DNA from: a virus
Lineage: Duplodnaviria > Caudoviricetes
DNA length: 64,000 bases
Virus record (IMG/VR): IMGVR_UViG_2595698832_000001
Location: 1 to 64,000 of that record
Direction: 5' to 3' (one strand)
In this document: positions 33,302 to 43,263 of the stretch, piece after piece
Numbering within the stretch: the stretch's first letter is position 1
Layout of the letters: each line of letters begins with the position of its first letter
Position numbers and translations under genes: made by a program
Notes under the pieces: model-generated
The model's database searches: none
What the model was told of the DNA's origin: nothing
What the model saw: only the letters and a program-made list of their open reading frames with translations

Positions 33302-33481
33302 TTGTTATCCTTTTAATAGTTTAATTTTATACATAATTATAACAGATTAACCTTATAATAAACTTATTTATTATAAATTATGTATTAATATACTTCTTTT
33401 CAATATTATAATCTATATACTAAATCCTAAAATCAAAATCTTTTAATCTCCTTTCCGTCTTTATCAAACCAATTTTCATTT

Positions 33482-33694
33482 TTAATCTTCTAACAATTTT
33501 TTAATTTCTTCTTTTTCTTCTTTGGAACAAATTTCTAGTATTTTTTCTACAATTTCTATCTTGTCAGTATTTTTTAAAAAACTATTTATGAATTTTTCTT
33601 GCTCTGTATAATACAAGTTTTCATAAATTACAAAAGCTTCATCTGCTGTAACATCTTTTAACTCATCGGCGTAAAATCCAACTTCAAATTTCAT
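33482..33694 (-). CDS. Hypothetical protein
   Basis: 70 aa ORF with AAAGGAG RBS and early promoter. Confidence 0.6.
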   Translation of the reverse strand: MKFEVGFYADELKDVTADEAFVIYENLYYTEQEKFINSFLKNTDKIEIVEKILEICSKEEKEEIKKLLED

Positions 33695-33877
33695 TTTAAT
33701 CTCCTTTGATTTAATTTATCAATGTAATTATATAGTAATAAACTTAAAATAATATTAAATTAGCTAGCAGAGTCTAATTTTGTTTCTAAGTTCTCAGTAT
33801 TTGTATTCACTTCAAGTGTGCTAATACCAGAATCTACAAAAGATTTCATAGTCTCTGGTTCTTGTTTTGAATCTTTA

Positions 33878-34226
33878 TTAAAAAATTTGTTCAGCAAACT
33901 CAGTTATAGGTCCACGAACCACATTAATTAACTCACCACCCCAAGTATTAATTATGCTAGGATTTTTAACTGCATTTTGAAGAACTGTTAAAGCGTTGTT
34001 ATACTTATTAATATATTGATTGTCTATTTGTGAGTTTGAACCAATTATTATAACTTTACAATCCTTGTCAACTCTTGTTAATATGGTGCTCATTGACTTA
34101 GTAGAGATATTTTGACAATTTTTTAGATAATACGCCAGAATCTAAAAAATAATTTTCATTACCCTCTACTTGTGGTGTGTATATAAATGAATTATATTCG
34201 ATAGGTTCTATTTTAGTTACTTTCAT
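33878..34226 (-). CDS. phoH: PhoH C-terminal part fused to C-intein
   Basis: ATG 34226 with RBS: MKVTKIEPIE...VEGNENYFLDSGVLSKN|CQN...TILTRV...IIIGSNSQID (1-nt indel near 34121). Confidence 0.8.
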
Positions 34227-35345
34227 TTTAATCCTTTTAACGAATTATTAATTTTACGTAGACTTTCGTTGTCAAAAGCCACCTTATTAGCCAAGAAGTT
34301 GTCTACAATTTTATTTTTATATTTTTTTAAATAATCTTCGGTTATTATTTTATATACAAATCCATTGTTTTCACACCACTTAATTGCAGCATTTTCTTTT
34401 ATTTTGTTTAAATCGTTGTTTATCTCAGATTTTGGTTTAATTTCATATAATATTTTGTTATTAAAATCTGTAAAATCAACTATATAATTACGGGCTACTC
34501 CGTAGTAGTCGTAAGGTATTACAGTTTTTTCATATAAAAGTTTGTCTTCTGTATCCAATAATTTGAACAATACTTCGAATGAACTACGAAAAGCATTACC
34601 CTTGTATAATATTCTGCTTCTGCACCAGCTATTAGTAACACAAGGTACAAATTCACCTATTTTTTATTTTTTCTTTCATTATAACTGATAATTTAGCACC
34701 CGCTTTAATACAGGCTAATTCTTTTTTCGTTTTATCTCCTATGTATGTATTGCGCATCATAACTTCTCTCAGTTTAGCAGCTCGGCTATACCGAACGTGT
34801 CTTACTATCCTTTTTATATTAGTATAATTGTTAACAGTTTTTGTGATATTTGTTCTAAAAGTTTCTATTCTAAATTTAAATGAATCGCAGTCTTTATTAA
34901 AACATTGTCCAGCATACCCGTATTCATTAACTGCTAATTTTTCACCACAATAACAACAATACACTGTAGGTTTGTAAACGTAATTTGTTTTATGTTTTGT
35001 TGTATAATGATTTTTAATACCTTTTATTGAATTGGCCTTGTAGTCACAACAACTACATTTTATCTTTTTACAATTACAATTAAGATCAGCTTCTAATAAA
35101 TCACCACAATCTGGACAGAAAATTTTTCCACTTGCTAAGAGTCTTGTAAAATGTTTTAATTCTATTTTTAAATTGTTAGTGACTAGCTGTCTTAATTTTT
35201 TTAATAATTTCTGGTTTATAATAGTATTATGATAACCTTTAAAGTTTATATTATTATCGTTTATATATAATAATTTTTGAATGAAATTATTTTCATCAAT
35301 TGTGTATAATAAATTAATGTTTACTGACGATTTCAACAGTCTCAC
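34223..35345 (-). CDS. Homing endonuclease (Zn-finger-like N-terminus plus PD-(D/E)XK TnsA-like domain), frameshifted
   Basis: CPDC/CSCC/CCYC motifs; FRSSFE...YIVDF...YEIKP...AAIKWCENNG...IITE; lies between the two phoH halves. Confidence 0.7.
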
Positions 35346-36740
35346 CTTTGCTTATTTTTGATATCATTTCGTAAACGGTTATATTTTCATCATTAGTGGT
35401 TATTAACTTATGATTACCGGTTAACATAGCATAATCACCATTTTCAAAATAAACTTTAAACATTTGTTCTTTGGTATTGTTTATATGTTCTTTTTTTAAT
35501 TGTATACTAATTTTTTATATTCTTGTTTTTTAATTTGTTTGTTATATGATAATAATTCTATATCATCTTCTATATATAAAGACTCTAATTCTTTGGCTGT
35601 TACAATACCTTTATTTGTTATAATTTTTTGATCTTCGTGTAAACATTCATCAACAATAACAAACGCATCCGAAATTGTTCTACCACGCAAAGCACCAATC
35701 CACATAGTTTCGATACCAGATAACTCAATAATTTCTTTAATACCTTCTTGTATTTTTAAATTATCAATTTTAACTTTTCTTGATTTATTATCATTAGATT
35801 TTTCAAGTCTTTTTCTAACAATATATTCTAAAGAATCATATAGTGGGTGATTAAAAACCGCAAACTTTTCGTCATTTCCAGCAAGATATCCAATATCTTC
35901 ACCTTTATCTAAAGATTCAATTGAGTTACGTATATAAACAATTTTACTATATTGTTTTTCTTTAACTAATCTGATACCAGTCGCAATAGCTAATAAGCTT
36001 TTACCTGATCCTGAAACTGCAGAAACAACTTGTAAATCTACATTAGTATCTAGCATAGCATCCACGAAATATTTTTGACGGATATTAATAGGTTTGACAT
36101 CTTGTTTTTCCAAGTGTTTTTCGTCTATGTAATTAATTCTGTGATTTTGTATCCTTGCTAGTTTTTTATTACCATCTTTACTCTGTATTAAGTAGTTATA
36201 ATTTTCGTGTTTATAATCTGGATCTATACTTAAAATGCTGCTAAGATTTTCTGGCAATTTCTCAACATCGAGAACTTTAAAAAACTCTGGAACTTCATTA
36301 AAATCTTTTTTTAAACCGAATGTCTCAGTTTTTACCCCTTCAGATATAGCTCTTATCTTGCACATACTATCATATGTTATAAAAATACAATCTGGATATA
36401 ACTTAGCAACTTCTATAATTTTTCTATCATTTAGAATATTAATAGGTTCATCTGCGTGTTTATATTCTTTTTTACTAGTAATAGTTACTTTTAAAAGAGA
36501 ATCACCCAGTGTTGTCTCAGTATAGTCATTGAATTTATTAAGTTCAATGACATCAAGATTTGATAAAAGTCTTGCAAAATTACGGGCTTGGTATCCAACT
36601 TCATCGAATAATGATTTTTTGGCATCTAATTCATCAATAACTGTTTCGGGGATTATAATACGATTTTCACTATCGTATAAACGTGAGAGATTATTTACAT
36701 CATCTAAAATGATGTTAGTATCAACGACATAAGTTTTCAT
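35314..36740 (-). CDS. phoH: PIN-PhoH N-terminal part fused to N-intein
   Basis: YVVDTNI PIN motif, SGSGKS Walker A, LRGRT, VIVDE|CLHEDQ; N-intein block B LTGNH; stop at 35314 after an indel near 35495. Confidence 0.85.
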
Positions 36741-36955
36741 TGGAGCCTTTTGTCTTTTGATTTTATTTATGATTTAATAACCTTGAGTTTTAAATTACAA
36801 AAATTTAAACTTTAGTTTTAGTTGTTTTAAAAGCTTTAAACTTTAGTTTAGATTGTTTATATGTTATGATATTATATTCTATACCATCTATGAAATATTA
36901 TAAGAATATATAAATATCTATAATTATATTATAAGTTTTCTTAAAAAGGATTTAA

Positions 36956-37585
36956 ATGTATAGTATTGGAGAATTTTCTAGAATTATAGGTGTTACTAGG
37001 ACAACCTTAAGAAATTGGGATAAAACAAATAAACTAAAACCTATTTTACTCGAATCGGGACATAGAAGATATACAGATGAACATTTATCAAAGATAAAAC
37101 ACATAGACTCTGATGACAAACTGAATATCGTCTACTGTAGAGAATCTACAAAGTCACAAAAGAAATCTTTAGATCTACAGATAGAAAATATAAAACAATT
37201 TTGCTTAAAGCAAGGTATATCTATAGATAAATGTATAAGCGAATTTGGTAGTGGTCTTAATTTCAAGAGAAGGGGATTTCTAGAGATTCTTAATCTGGCA
37301 ATAAATGGTAAAATAGATAGGCTAATTATCTACTATAAGGATAGACTGTGTAGATTTGGCTTTGAAATGTTTGAGGAGTTATCTAAAAAGTATAATTTTA
37401 AGATAATTGTCGTTGATAATACAGAAACAAAGAGTAGAGATAAAGAATTTGCAGACGATATAATTGCTATAATACATTTCTTTTCTATGAGATTGTATGA
37501 ATCTAGAACATATAAGAAAAATCTCAAAGATGCTGAAGAAAGTATTCAAAAAAGCAAAAGAAGAAATATAAATAGATATAAATAG
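36956..37585 (+). CDS. tnpA: IS607 serine transposase TnpA
   Basis: MerR-like HTH (GVTRTTLRNWD..GHRRY), YCREST, GSGLNFKR, YKDRLCRFGF, FSMRLY. Confidence 0.92.
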   Translation: MYSIGEFSRIIGVTRTTLRNWDKTNKLKPILLESGHRRYTDEHLSKIKHIDSDDKLNIVYCRESTKSQKKSLDLQIENIKQFCLKQGISIDKCISEFGSGLNFKRRGFLEILNLAINGKIDRLIIYYKDRLCRFGFEMFEELSKKYNFKIIVVDNTETKSRDKEFADDIIAIIHFFSMRLYESRTYKKNLKDAEESIQKSKRRNINRYK

Positions 37586-37616
37586 CTATAAATAGATATA
37601 AAGAAAGGAGTTTAGA

Positions 37617-38862
37617 ATGTTATCTAGAAAGATAAGAATTGATAGCTTTATCTCTGATAAAGAAAAAGAAGAAATTTATCAATATTCTAAATCTCTTTCT
37701 ACTATCTATAATGAATGTCTAGATCTCCTTAAAGAGAATTTGAATTTTAAAGATCTATCTAAAATCACAAAAGGTAGATCGAAAGCAACAGGTTTATATT
37801 CAAAACATATACAGAATACCTCTAGAGAGGTTATAAATGCTGTAAAATCTTATCTAGACGAAAAAGAAGAATGATAAAACCGCTAGATTTCCAAAATTAT
37901 ATAGAGAATATAGTCCTATCATTATGGATATAAATCTTTCTTCTAAGATTGTAGAGGTTGTTAATTCTGAAACAGGAGAGGTAACTCTTGAAAAGAAATA
38001 CTATCCAGGTGGAGGATTTAAACTAGAAGGTAAGAAAATAAACTTTACTTCAATAGGATTTGAATTAGATTTAAGTAAATGCCCTTACTATGATATAGAA
38101 CTTATCAACTATAAGACTTTAAAACAGATAGTCATCAAGATTGATGTGAATAAGAGAATAGATTGTATTTTTGTTTTCTCAGAGAAAAAACAAGAAAAAG
38201 CACTAAATCAAAATTTTATTTCTATAGATCTAGGAATAAGCAGCATAGCATCTTGTTACTCAAATAAGATTGATTGTATGAAGATACAAACTAAGAGATT
38301 TAAAGGTTTAGAAAGAGCTATAAATGAACTTAAGTCTAAAAGAGATAAGAAGAAGAAAGGTTCAAGAGGATATAAAAAACTTAACAAAGCAATCAGAAGA
38401 AAGCAAGCAAAACTAACTAATAAAAGAAAAGACTATCTTCATAAGACCTCAAAGACTATAGTAGATCTCTGTATTCTTAATGGTATAGATAACATCATTT
38501 GTGGGGCTATCAAGACTAAAAAATTAAAGAAAGACTATAAAACAAGTTTAAATAAATCAACTCAAAATGAAGGACTATTGAGTAGATTTAAGGGTTTCTT
38601 AAAGTATAAAGCAGAGAATAAAGGATTGAACTTTTTACTTGTGAATGAAGCATATACTTCTCAGACTAACTGTCTTACAGGAAAAAGAGAGCTAGACTCG
38701 AATCTTGGTATTAGAGAGGTAGAATTAAGTCCAGGTTTCAAAGTTGATAGAGATATAAATTCAGCTGTCAATATAGCCAAAATATGTGGGGATTTATGGT
38801 TATCCCATATCTTTGAGAAGAATAGACTTCTCAAGATACAAAAAATGAATATTACTTTGTAA
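37617..38862 (+). CDS. tnpB: TnpB RNA-guided nuclease (frameshift near 37860)
   Basis: ORFs 37617-37874 and 37924-38862 linked via DKTARFPK; ISIDLG, YLHKTS, NEAYTSQ, DRDINSAVNI. Confidence 0.85.
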
Positions 38863-38903
38863 TATTTGATTAAATTCTTATAGATTCTTATAGAATTTAA
38901 AAA

Positions 38904-39404
38904 TCATTTTTTAGATTTACTTGAAACTTTTGAATCCCTAAGCGCTTTCTTATACAAAGCTTCTGCAGAAACACCTATAAAAGTTTCTGTTTTAGTTTCT
39001 ATAATTTGTTTCATATTTTCATTAGGTATTTTGACTGCTCTTCTATATATTCTGCTATTAATATAAAGTCTTATTATTGGAAAAAATCCAAACTTTTTGA
39101 GCATAGGCTTAATTCTATACCAATCTATATCTAATGGTTTATTCTCTTTAATATTCTTTTTATTTAGTCGAAATATGGCATTTAAAAGCATTTTTCTCAT
39201 TGGTATCGGGCACCAGTGAAAATTTATACCTAAGGTATAAGATTTAGATTTTCTGAGTACCAGGCACAATGGAGTTCTATCATATTTAACACTGGTATCT
39301 TTAGGATTATATTTAAAAATTACTAAATTACCAGGTTTTAAAATTTGTCCTTTTTCAACCGATTTGGTTTTAATAAGATTTTTAACTAACTTTAAACTAT
39401 CCAT
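38904..39404 (-). CDS. gp2: DNA end protector protein (T4 gp2-like)
   Basis: PGNLVIFKYNPK, YDRTPL, LGINFHW, IRLY motifs; beside the tail tube gene. Confidence 0.8.
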   Translation of the reverse strand: MDSLKLVKNLIKTKSVEKGQILKPGNLVIFKYNPKDTSVKYDRTPLCLVLRKSKSYTLGINFHWCPIPMRKMLLNAIFRLNKKNIKENKPLDIDWYRIKPMLKKFGFFPIIRLYINSRIYRRAVKIPNENMKQIIETKTETFIGVSAEALYKKALRDSKVSSKSKK

Positions 39405-39429
39405 TTTCTGACTGTTTTGAAGTATTTAT

Positions 39430-39449
39430 GAGTCTGGATTTCCAGACTC
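39430..39449 (-). terminator. Hairpin after the tail tube gene
   Basis: gagtctgga-tt-tccagactc inverted repeat. Confidence 0.55.
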
Positions 39450-39456
39450 TTAAGAA

Positions 39457-40047
39457 TTATTGGTCTACAGAAACTACGTTAGTAGCAGCTGATTTACCAT
39501 CTTGTGGCATATTAAATTCAGATCCATTAGAAATAATCCAATCTGAGAAGCTAAATGTGATATCACATTCTTGTAATGTATCTAATTGATCAGCACCGAC
39601 ACTAATTTCACCAACACCACTTGGCCAGCAGTTTCTTAAAGTATATTCAGCAACTTCATTTTCTAATGAATCTAATTGACAAACCGAAACTTCTGTAAAT
39701 AAACCTCCTGGATTACCAGAATGTGTATTTGCTTGGAAGTTATCACAAGCTTTCATCCAACTTAAGAAGTCTTTACGAGTTTGGTGTGCATTATCCATAT
39801 AAAATGTCACAGTCCATTGTGTATCATACGAAGTATCACCAGGTATAGGAAGCTTTCTTCCTTGGTTAAATACTTCAATTTGTCCAATAGTTACACCTGG
39901 AAAACTAGTAGCTTTAGCTAAGCAGTTCAAGCTTTGTAATTCCATTTTATGTTGCACTTCTGTTGGAAATGAAAGTTTAACACGGTATTTTGTAGCTTTT
40001 GCACCAGATTTTAGTGCGTTTTTAATTTCTTCAATTTTGTTAGACAT
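39457..40047 (-). CDS. gp19: Tail tube protein (gp19-like)
   Basis: SFPG..IGQIEV..QGRK..IPGD..WTVTF, YTLRNCWPS motifs. Confidence 0.9.
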   Translation of the reverse strand: MSNKIEEIKNALKSGAKATKYRVKLSFPTEVQHKMELQSLNCLAKATSFPGVTIGQIEVFNQGRKLPIPGDTSYDTQWTVTFYMDNAHQTRKDFLSWMKACDNFQANTHSGNPGGLFTEVSVCQLDSLENEVAEYTLRNCWPSGVGEISVGADQLDTLQECDITFSFSDWIISNGSEFNMPQDGKSAATNVVSVDQ

Positions 40048-40139
40048 AACTGTTAAACCATTCCTTTGCTTTTGTTTTATTTATTATTTTGATGATTTTT
40101 ATGGTTTAAGATTATTTTAAGTTCTAAAATTAAAATACG

Positions 40140-40695
40140 ACACTATAGTGTTAAACTTTACACTATAGTGTGAAATCTTCTGATAGGAGCAAGTAATGGT
40201 CCTTCAAAAATATAAGGATAGAAAAGATATACGAGTTCTAAAGAATGTCTTGAGTTTGTGGTAGTGTTCTACCTCCAGTCCTTCATAAAAATATTATAGA
40301 AGTATCCACAGTTCGCTTATCGACATATGTCTTAGCAAGGTAGAGACTATTCTGAACATTGATTAGAACTATAAAGACTTCCGGTGTGCTAAGTTTATAC
40401 TAACAAATTCCCGATTAAATAAGAAGTATGTATGGTGTTCTGCACATAAAAGTCTTTATAGTTCTAACATTCTAAGTTTAGAATTTAAAACTAAAATATA
40501 ACCAAAATTGTGAGCATCTCTCTGTTCTAGTATTTTTAAACTTTTTAAATTTTTTAATCTTTCAATTAAGTTACATTGCAATCTAAAGAAAAAGGAGTGA
40601 CTCTACTATGATTTTCTCTGTCAGGAAATCCGAAATGCTCACAATTTTGGTTATATTCTAAATCTGTTTAACAATGATATTTAAAAGATCTAATT
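40140..40695 (-). ncRNA. Candidate structured non-coding RNA
   Basis: No ORF of 60 aa or more; perfect 18-bp and 23-bp inverted repeats and several small hairpins; TATAAATA at 40702-40709. Confidence 0.4.
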
Positions 40696-40727
40696 TATTT
40701 ATATTTATAATTATATACTAAGTATCC

Positions 40728-41270
40728 TTAAAAGTTCCTTAAATTTCCAAATCTTTTGTCGATAATTTTGACAGCTGCTTTAAATCTTTCGTCTACAGAA
40801 CCACTTAAATTAACTACATTAATACCATAGGTATCTATATAGTAATCGTAGTAATTACTACAAATATTTCTAAATTCTAAATCAGTAGATCTGACACCAT
40901 CCGGAACTAAATCAAATTCTGGTTTAATATAAAAAACTATATCATATTTTTTCATTAATTCAATAGAAACTATTTCAGCTAAATCTAAAAATACATCAGG
41001 TATTGATTTTTTAATCTCTACTAAATACTTAGTATAAACTACAGCATCTAATATTGTTCTTTCGTATATACCATCTTTGTTAAGATCTTCTATATGAATT
41101 TGCAAAGCTGCTTTTTGAGTTTCCATATCACCATCTTCATTTATATTAAAACCCAATTCTTTTAATTTTCTTCCAGGCCCTGGAATAATATCCAAATTAT
41201 ATCGTTCTTTTAATAATTTGGCTATAGTCGTCTTTCCAGAACCTGAAACTCCTGTAAATCCTATTTTCAT
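40728..41270 (-). CDS. P-loop nucleotide kinase (AAA_28/dNMP kinase-like)
   Basis: GVSGSGKTT, ERTILD..VY, DGVR motifs. Confidence 0.75.
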   Translation of the reverse strand: MKIGFTGVSGSGKTTIAKLLKERYNLDIIPGPGRKLKELGFNINEDGDMETQKAALQIHIEDLNKDGIYERTILDAVVYTKYLVEIKKSIPDVFLDLAEIVSIELMKKYDIVFYIKPEFDLVPDGVRSTDLEFRNICSNYYDYYIDTYGINVVNLSGSVDERFKAAVKIIDKRFGNLRNF

Positions 41271-41311
41271 TTAAACCCCTTTAAAACCTAATTTTGGCTA
41301 TTTAAACCATA

Positions 41312-42088
41312 TCAAAGGCCATTAATAGTTCTAAAATCCATAATATTTAATAAAATAGTATTGGCGGAACCTTTATAATCTATAAGATCTACTAATTTAG
41401 TACTTATTTTAGTTCTTAAACCATCTTTAGAATATCTTACATTATATATACCGTGAACAATTGGGTTAGAAGTATCTAAAGATACAATCTCTGGAATGTT
41501 CTTATAATTTTTAAATTCTTGAGGAACTTGACAACCCAATAAATGTATTTTAGAATCTTTTAATAGATTTAATTTATCTAAATGTTTTATAAAATCTATC
41601 CTTGCTTGTGTTAATTTAGCTTCTTTAGTATCACCTTCGTATTCATAGAAGTAATCTCCTGAAAAACAAATAGCTACCATATCTGCATTTTCTTTCATAA
41701 ACTTAAAGCAATCTGTTAATTCTTCTAAAGTATTACCTTGAACAACACCTATTTTCTTACCAGGTATACTAAACTTAGAAAAGTCTCTAAAAGATTGTAT
41801 TGTTGCACTAGCATTACCTAAAGCATCAGGGACTATATAATAGAAATTACTAGGATTGATAGAACCTAATTCATTTGCTTCTTTAGCAAACTTATCGTGA
41901 TCGTATAATGTTCCTAATTCAAATAAAGAATTATCTAAATAAACTATTCTACGCTTTTTTAATGAATCTATGTAAAATTGTTTGTATTCTGGGTAGATTT
42001 CAAATAAATGAACTAAAGCATAATCATAATCATTAAACGTTCTTGATTTTTCTAAAAGACTTAACGGAACTTCGTGAGAAACAAGCAT
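41312..42088 (-). CDS. TGT/DpdA-like guanine transglycosylase-fold protein
   Basis: LDNS.FE, VPD, GVVQG, IHLLG, SLDTS motifs of the TGT superfamily. Confidence 0.65.
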   Translation of the reverse strand: MLVSHEVPLSLLEKSRTFNDYDYALVHLFEIYPEYKQFYIDSLKKRRIVYLDNSLFELGTLYDHDKFAKEANELGSINPSNFYYIVPDALGNASATIQSFRDFSKFSIPGKKIGVVQGNTLEELTDCFKFMKENADMVAICFSGDYFYEYEGDTKEAKLTQARIDFIKHLDKLNLLKDSKIHLLGCQVPQEFKNYKNIPEIVSLDTSNPIVHGIYNVRYSKDGLRTKISTKLVDLIDYKGSANTILLNIMDFRTINGL

Positions 42089-42196
42089 ATAACTCCTTTT
42101 TGTTTATTATATTATAATTGAACTTAAAGTTCTATGAATCTTATGTTAAAAACTAAAACTCTAGTTTAAATTATTTTAAAATTTAAGCTTTTAAGT

Positions 42197-43219
42197 TTAG
42201 AACCAAAGTCTAAACTCTATTGAATCGAACTCTTCATAAGTAGGTATTGCAAAAGATTTCATCATAGCATCCACAACACTTTTATTAATTATTTTACCTG
42301 TAGCATTTCTTTTTTCAAGTCTATTTAATATCATTGTATATGGTGTTAAAAATACTACTGCTTTCTTATGATAATTTCTAACCAAGCTCGAAGTAGCAAA
42401 TAATCTACGCCTCGATTTAATCGAAGTATTCGTTTTATCTATTAAAATATTTTGATTCTTTTGAAGTGCTCTTAAAAACTTATCATTAAATAAAGAATCG
42501 ATTTCTTTTTGATCAGAATCTGTTAAGTTTCTCCAAATATCTGAATATTCAACTTGATTGTATTTTTTAAAACCGTATCTCATTAAAATATCGTCTCTTG
42601 ATATAGCTGCTTTATCATTCATATAAACATAAGTTGATTTACCAGAACCTGGTAATCCTACTAATACTTCTAAAACTGGTTCATTGGCAACATTAGATCT
42701 ATCATAAGCTTCAATATTTAAATCGGGAAGTTCTTTTGGAACTTCAGTGATTCTACCTAAAGCATCAGCAACTGAAAACTTGGATAATAATTTTAAATCT
42801 CTATAAACATAACGTTTTTTAAGTGTTTCTAAATCGAATTTATAAATGTCGTGATGGGCTACTATTTTAATTATATCTATTATTTCTTGTTTGGTTAGAT
42901 TTAAATCCAAATCGTGTAAAACATCTAATACAAAGAACACACCAGCATTTTCGTGATTTAAAAAATGTATTTTTTCTGGGTTATTTTTAGATGGTGTTCT
43001 AGTTATTATTTTACCAATATCGTGTAAAGCTGCTCCTAATATTAATACTTTATAATCAGGATCATCTTTATATAATTCGTTGACTTTGACCATAACCATT
43101 TCGGTGTGTATACCAACGTTCGGTTCTAAGTGGTATTTGTTTGGTGTATTTTCAGTGCCATTCAAACATCGATATAAAGCATCAATATATTTGTGATTTA
43201 AATCTTTTAAGTTCAACAT
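42197..43219 (-). CDS. HD phosphohydrolase fused to a polynucleotide kinase-like P-loop domain
   Basis: HT..V, LHDIGK, HE, H-D, D..GR; GLPGSGKST, SRDD, IDKTN..R. Confidence 0.85.
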   Translation of the reverse strand: MLNLKDLNHKYIDALYRCLNGTENTPNKYHLEPNVGIHTEMVMVKVNELYKDDPDYKVLILGAALHDIGKIITRTPSKNNPEKIHFLNHENAGVFFVLDVLHDLDLNLTKQEIIDIIKIVAHHDIYKFDLETLKKRYVYRDLKLLSKFSVADALGRITEVPKELPDLNIEAYDRSNVANEPVLEVLVGLPGSGKSTYVYMNDKAAISRDDILMRYGFKKYNQVEYSDIWRNLTDSDQKEIDSLFNDKFLRALQKNQNILIDKTNTSIKSRRRLFATSSLVRNYHKKAVVFLTPYTMILNRLEKRNATGKIINKSVVDAMMKSFAIPTYEEFDSIEFRLWF

Positions 43220-43263
43220 TGTTATCTCCTTTTTGTAATTATAATATATTAAAGCTTAAAGTT

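Larger units (their letters stand above)
36850..38900 (+). mobile_element. IS607-family insertion sequence (ends approximate)
   Basis: tnpA serine recombinase plus tnpB, inverted relative to flanking genes; short AT-rich repeats near the ends. Confidence 0.8.

Noticed and set aside
40140-40700. tRNA genes in the non-coding gap
   Set aside because: No cloverleaf with T-loop and D-loop consensus was recognisable by eye.
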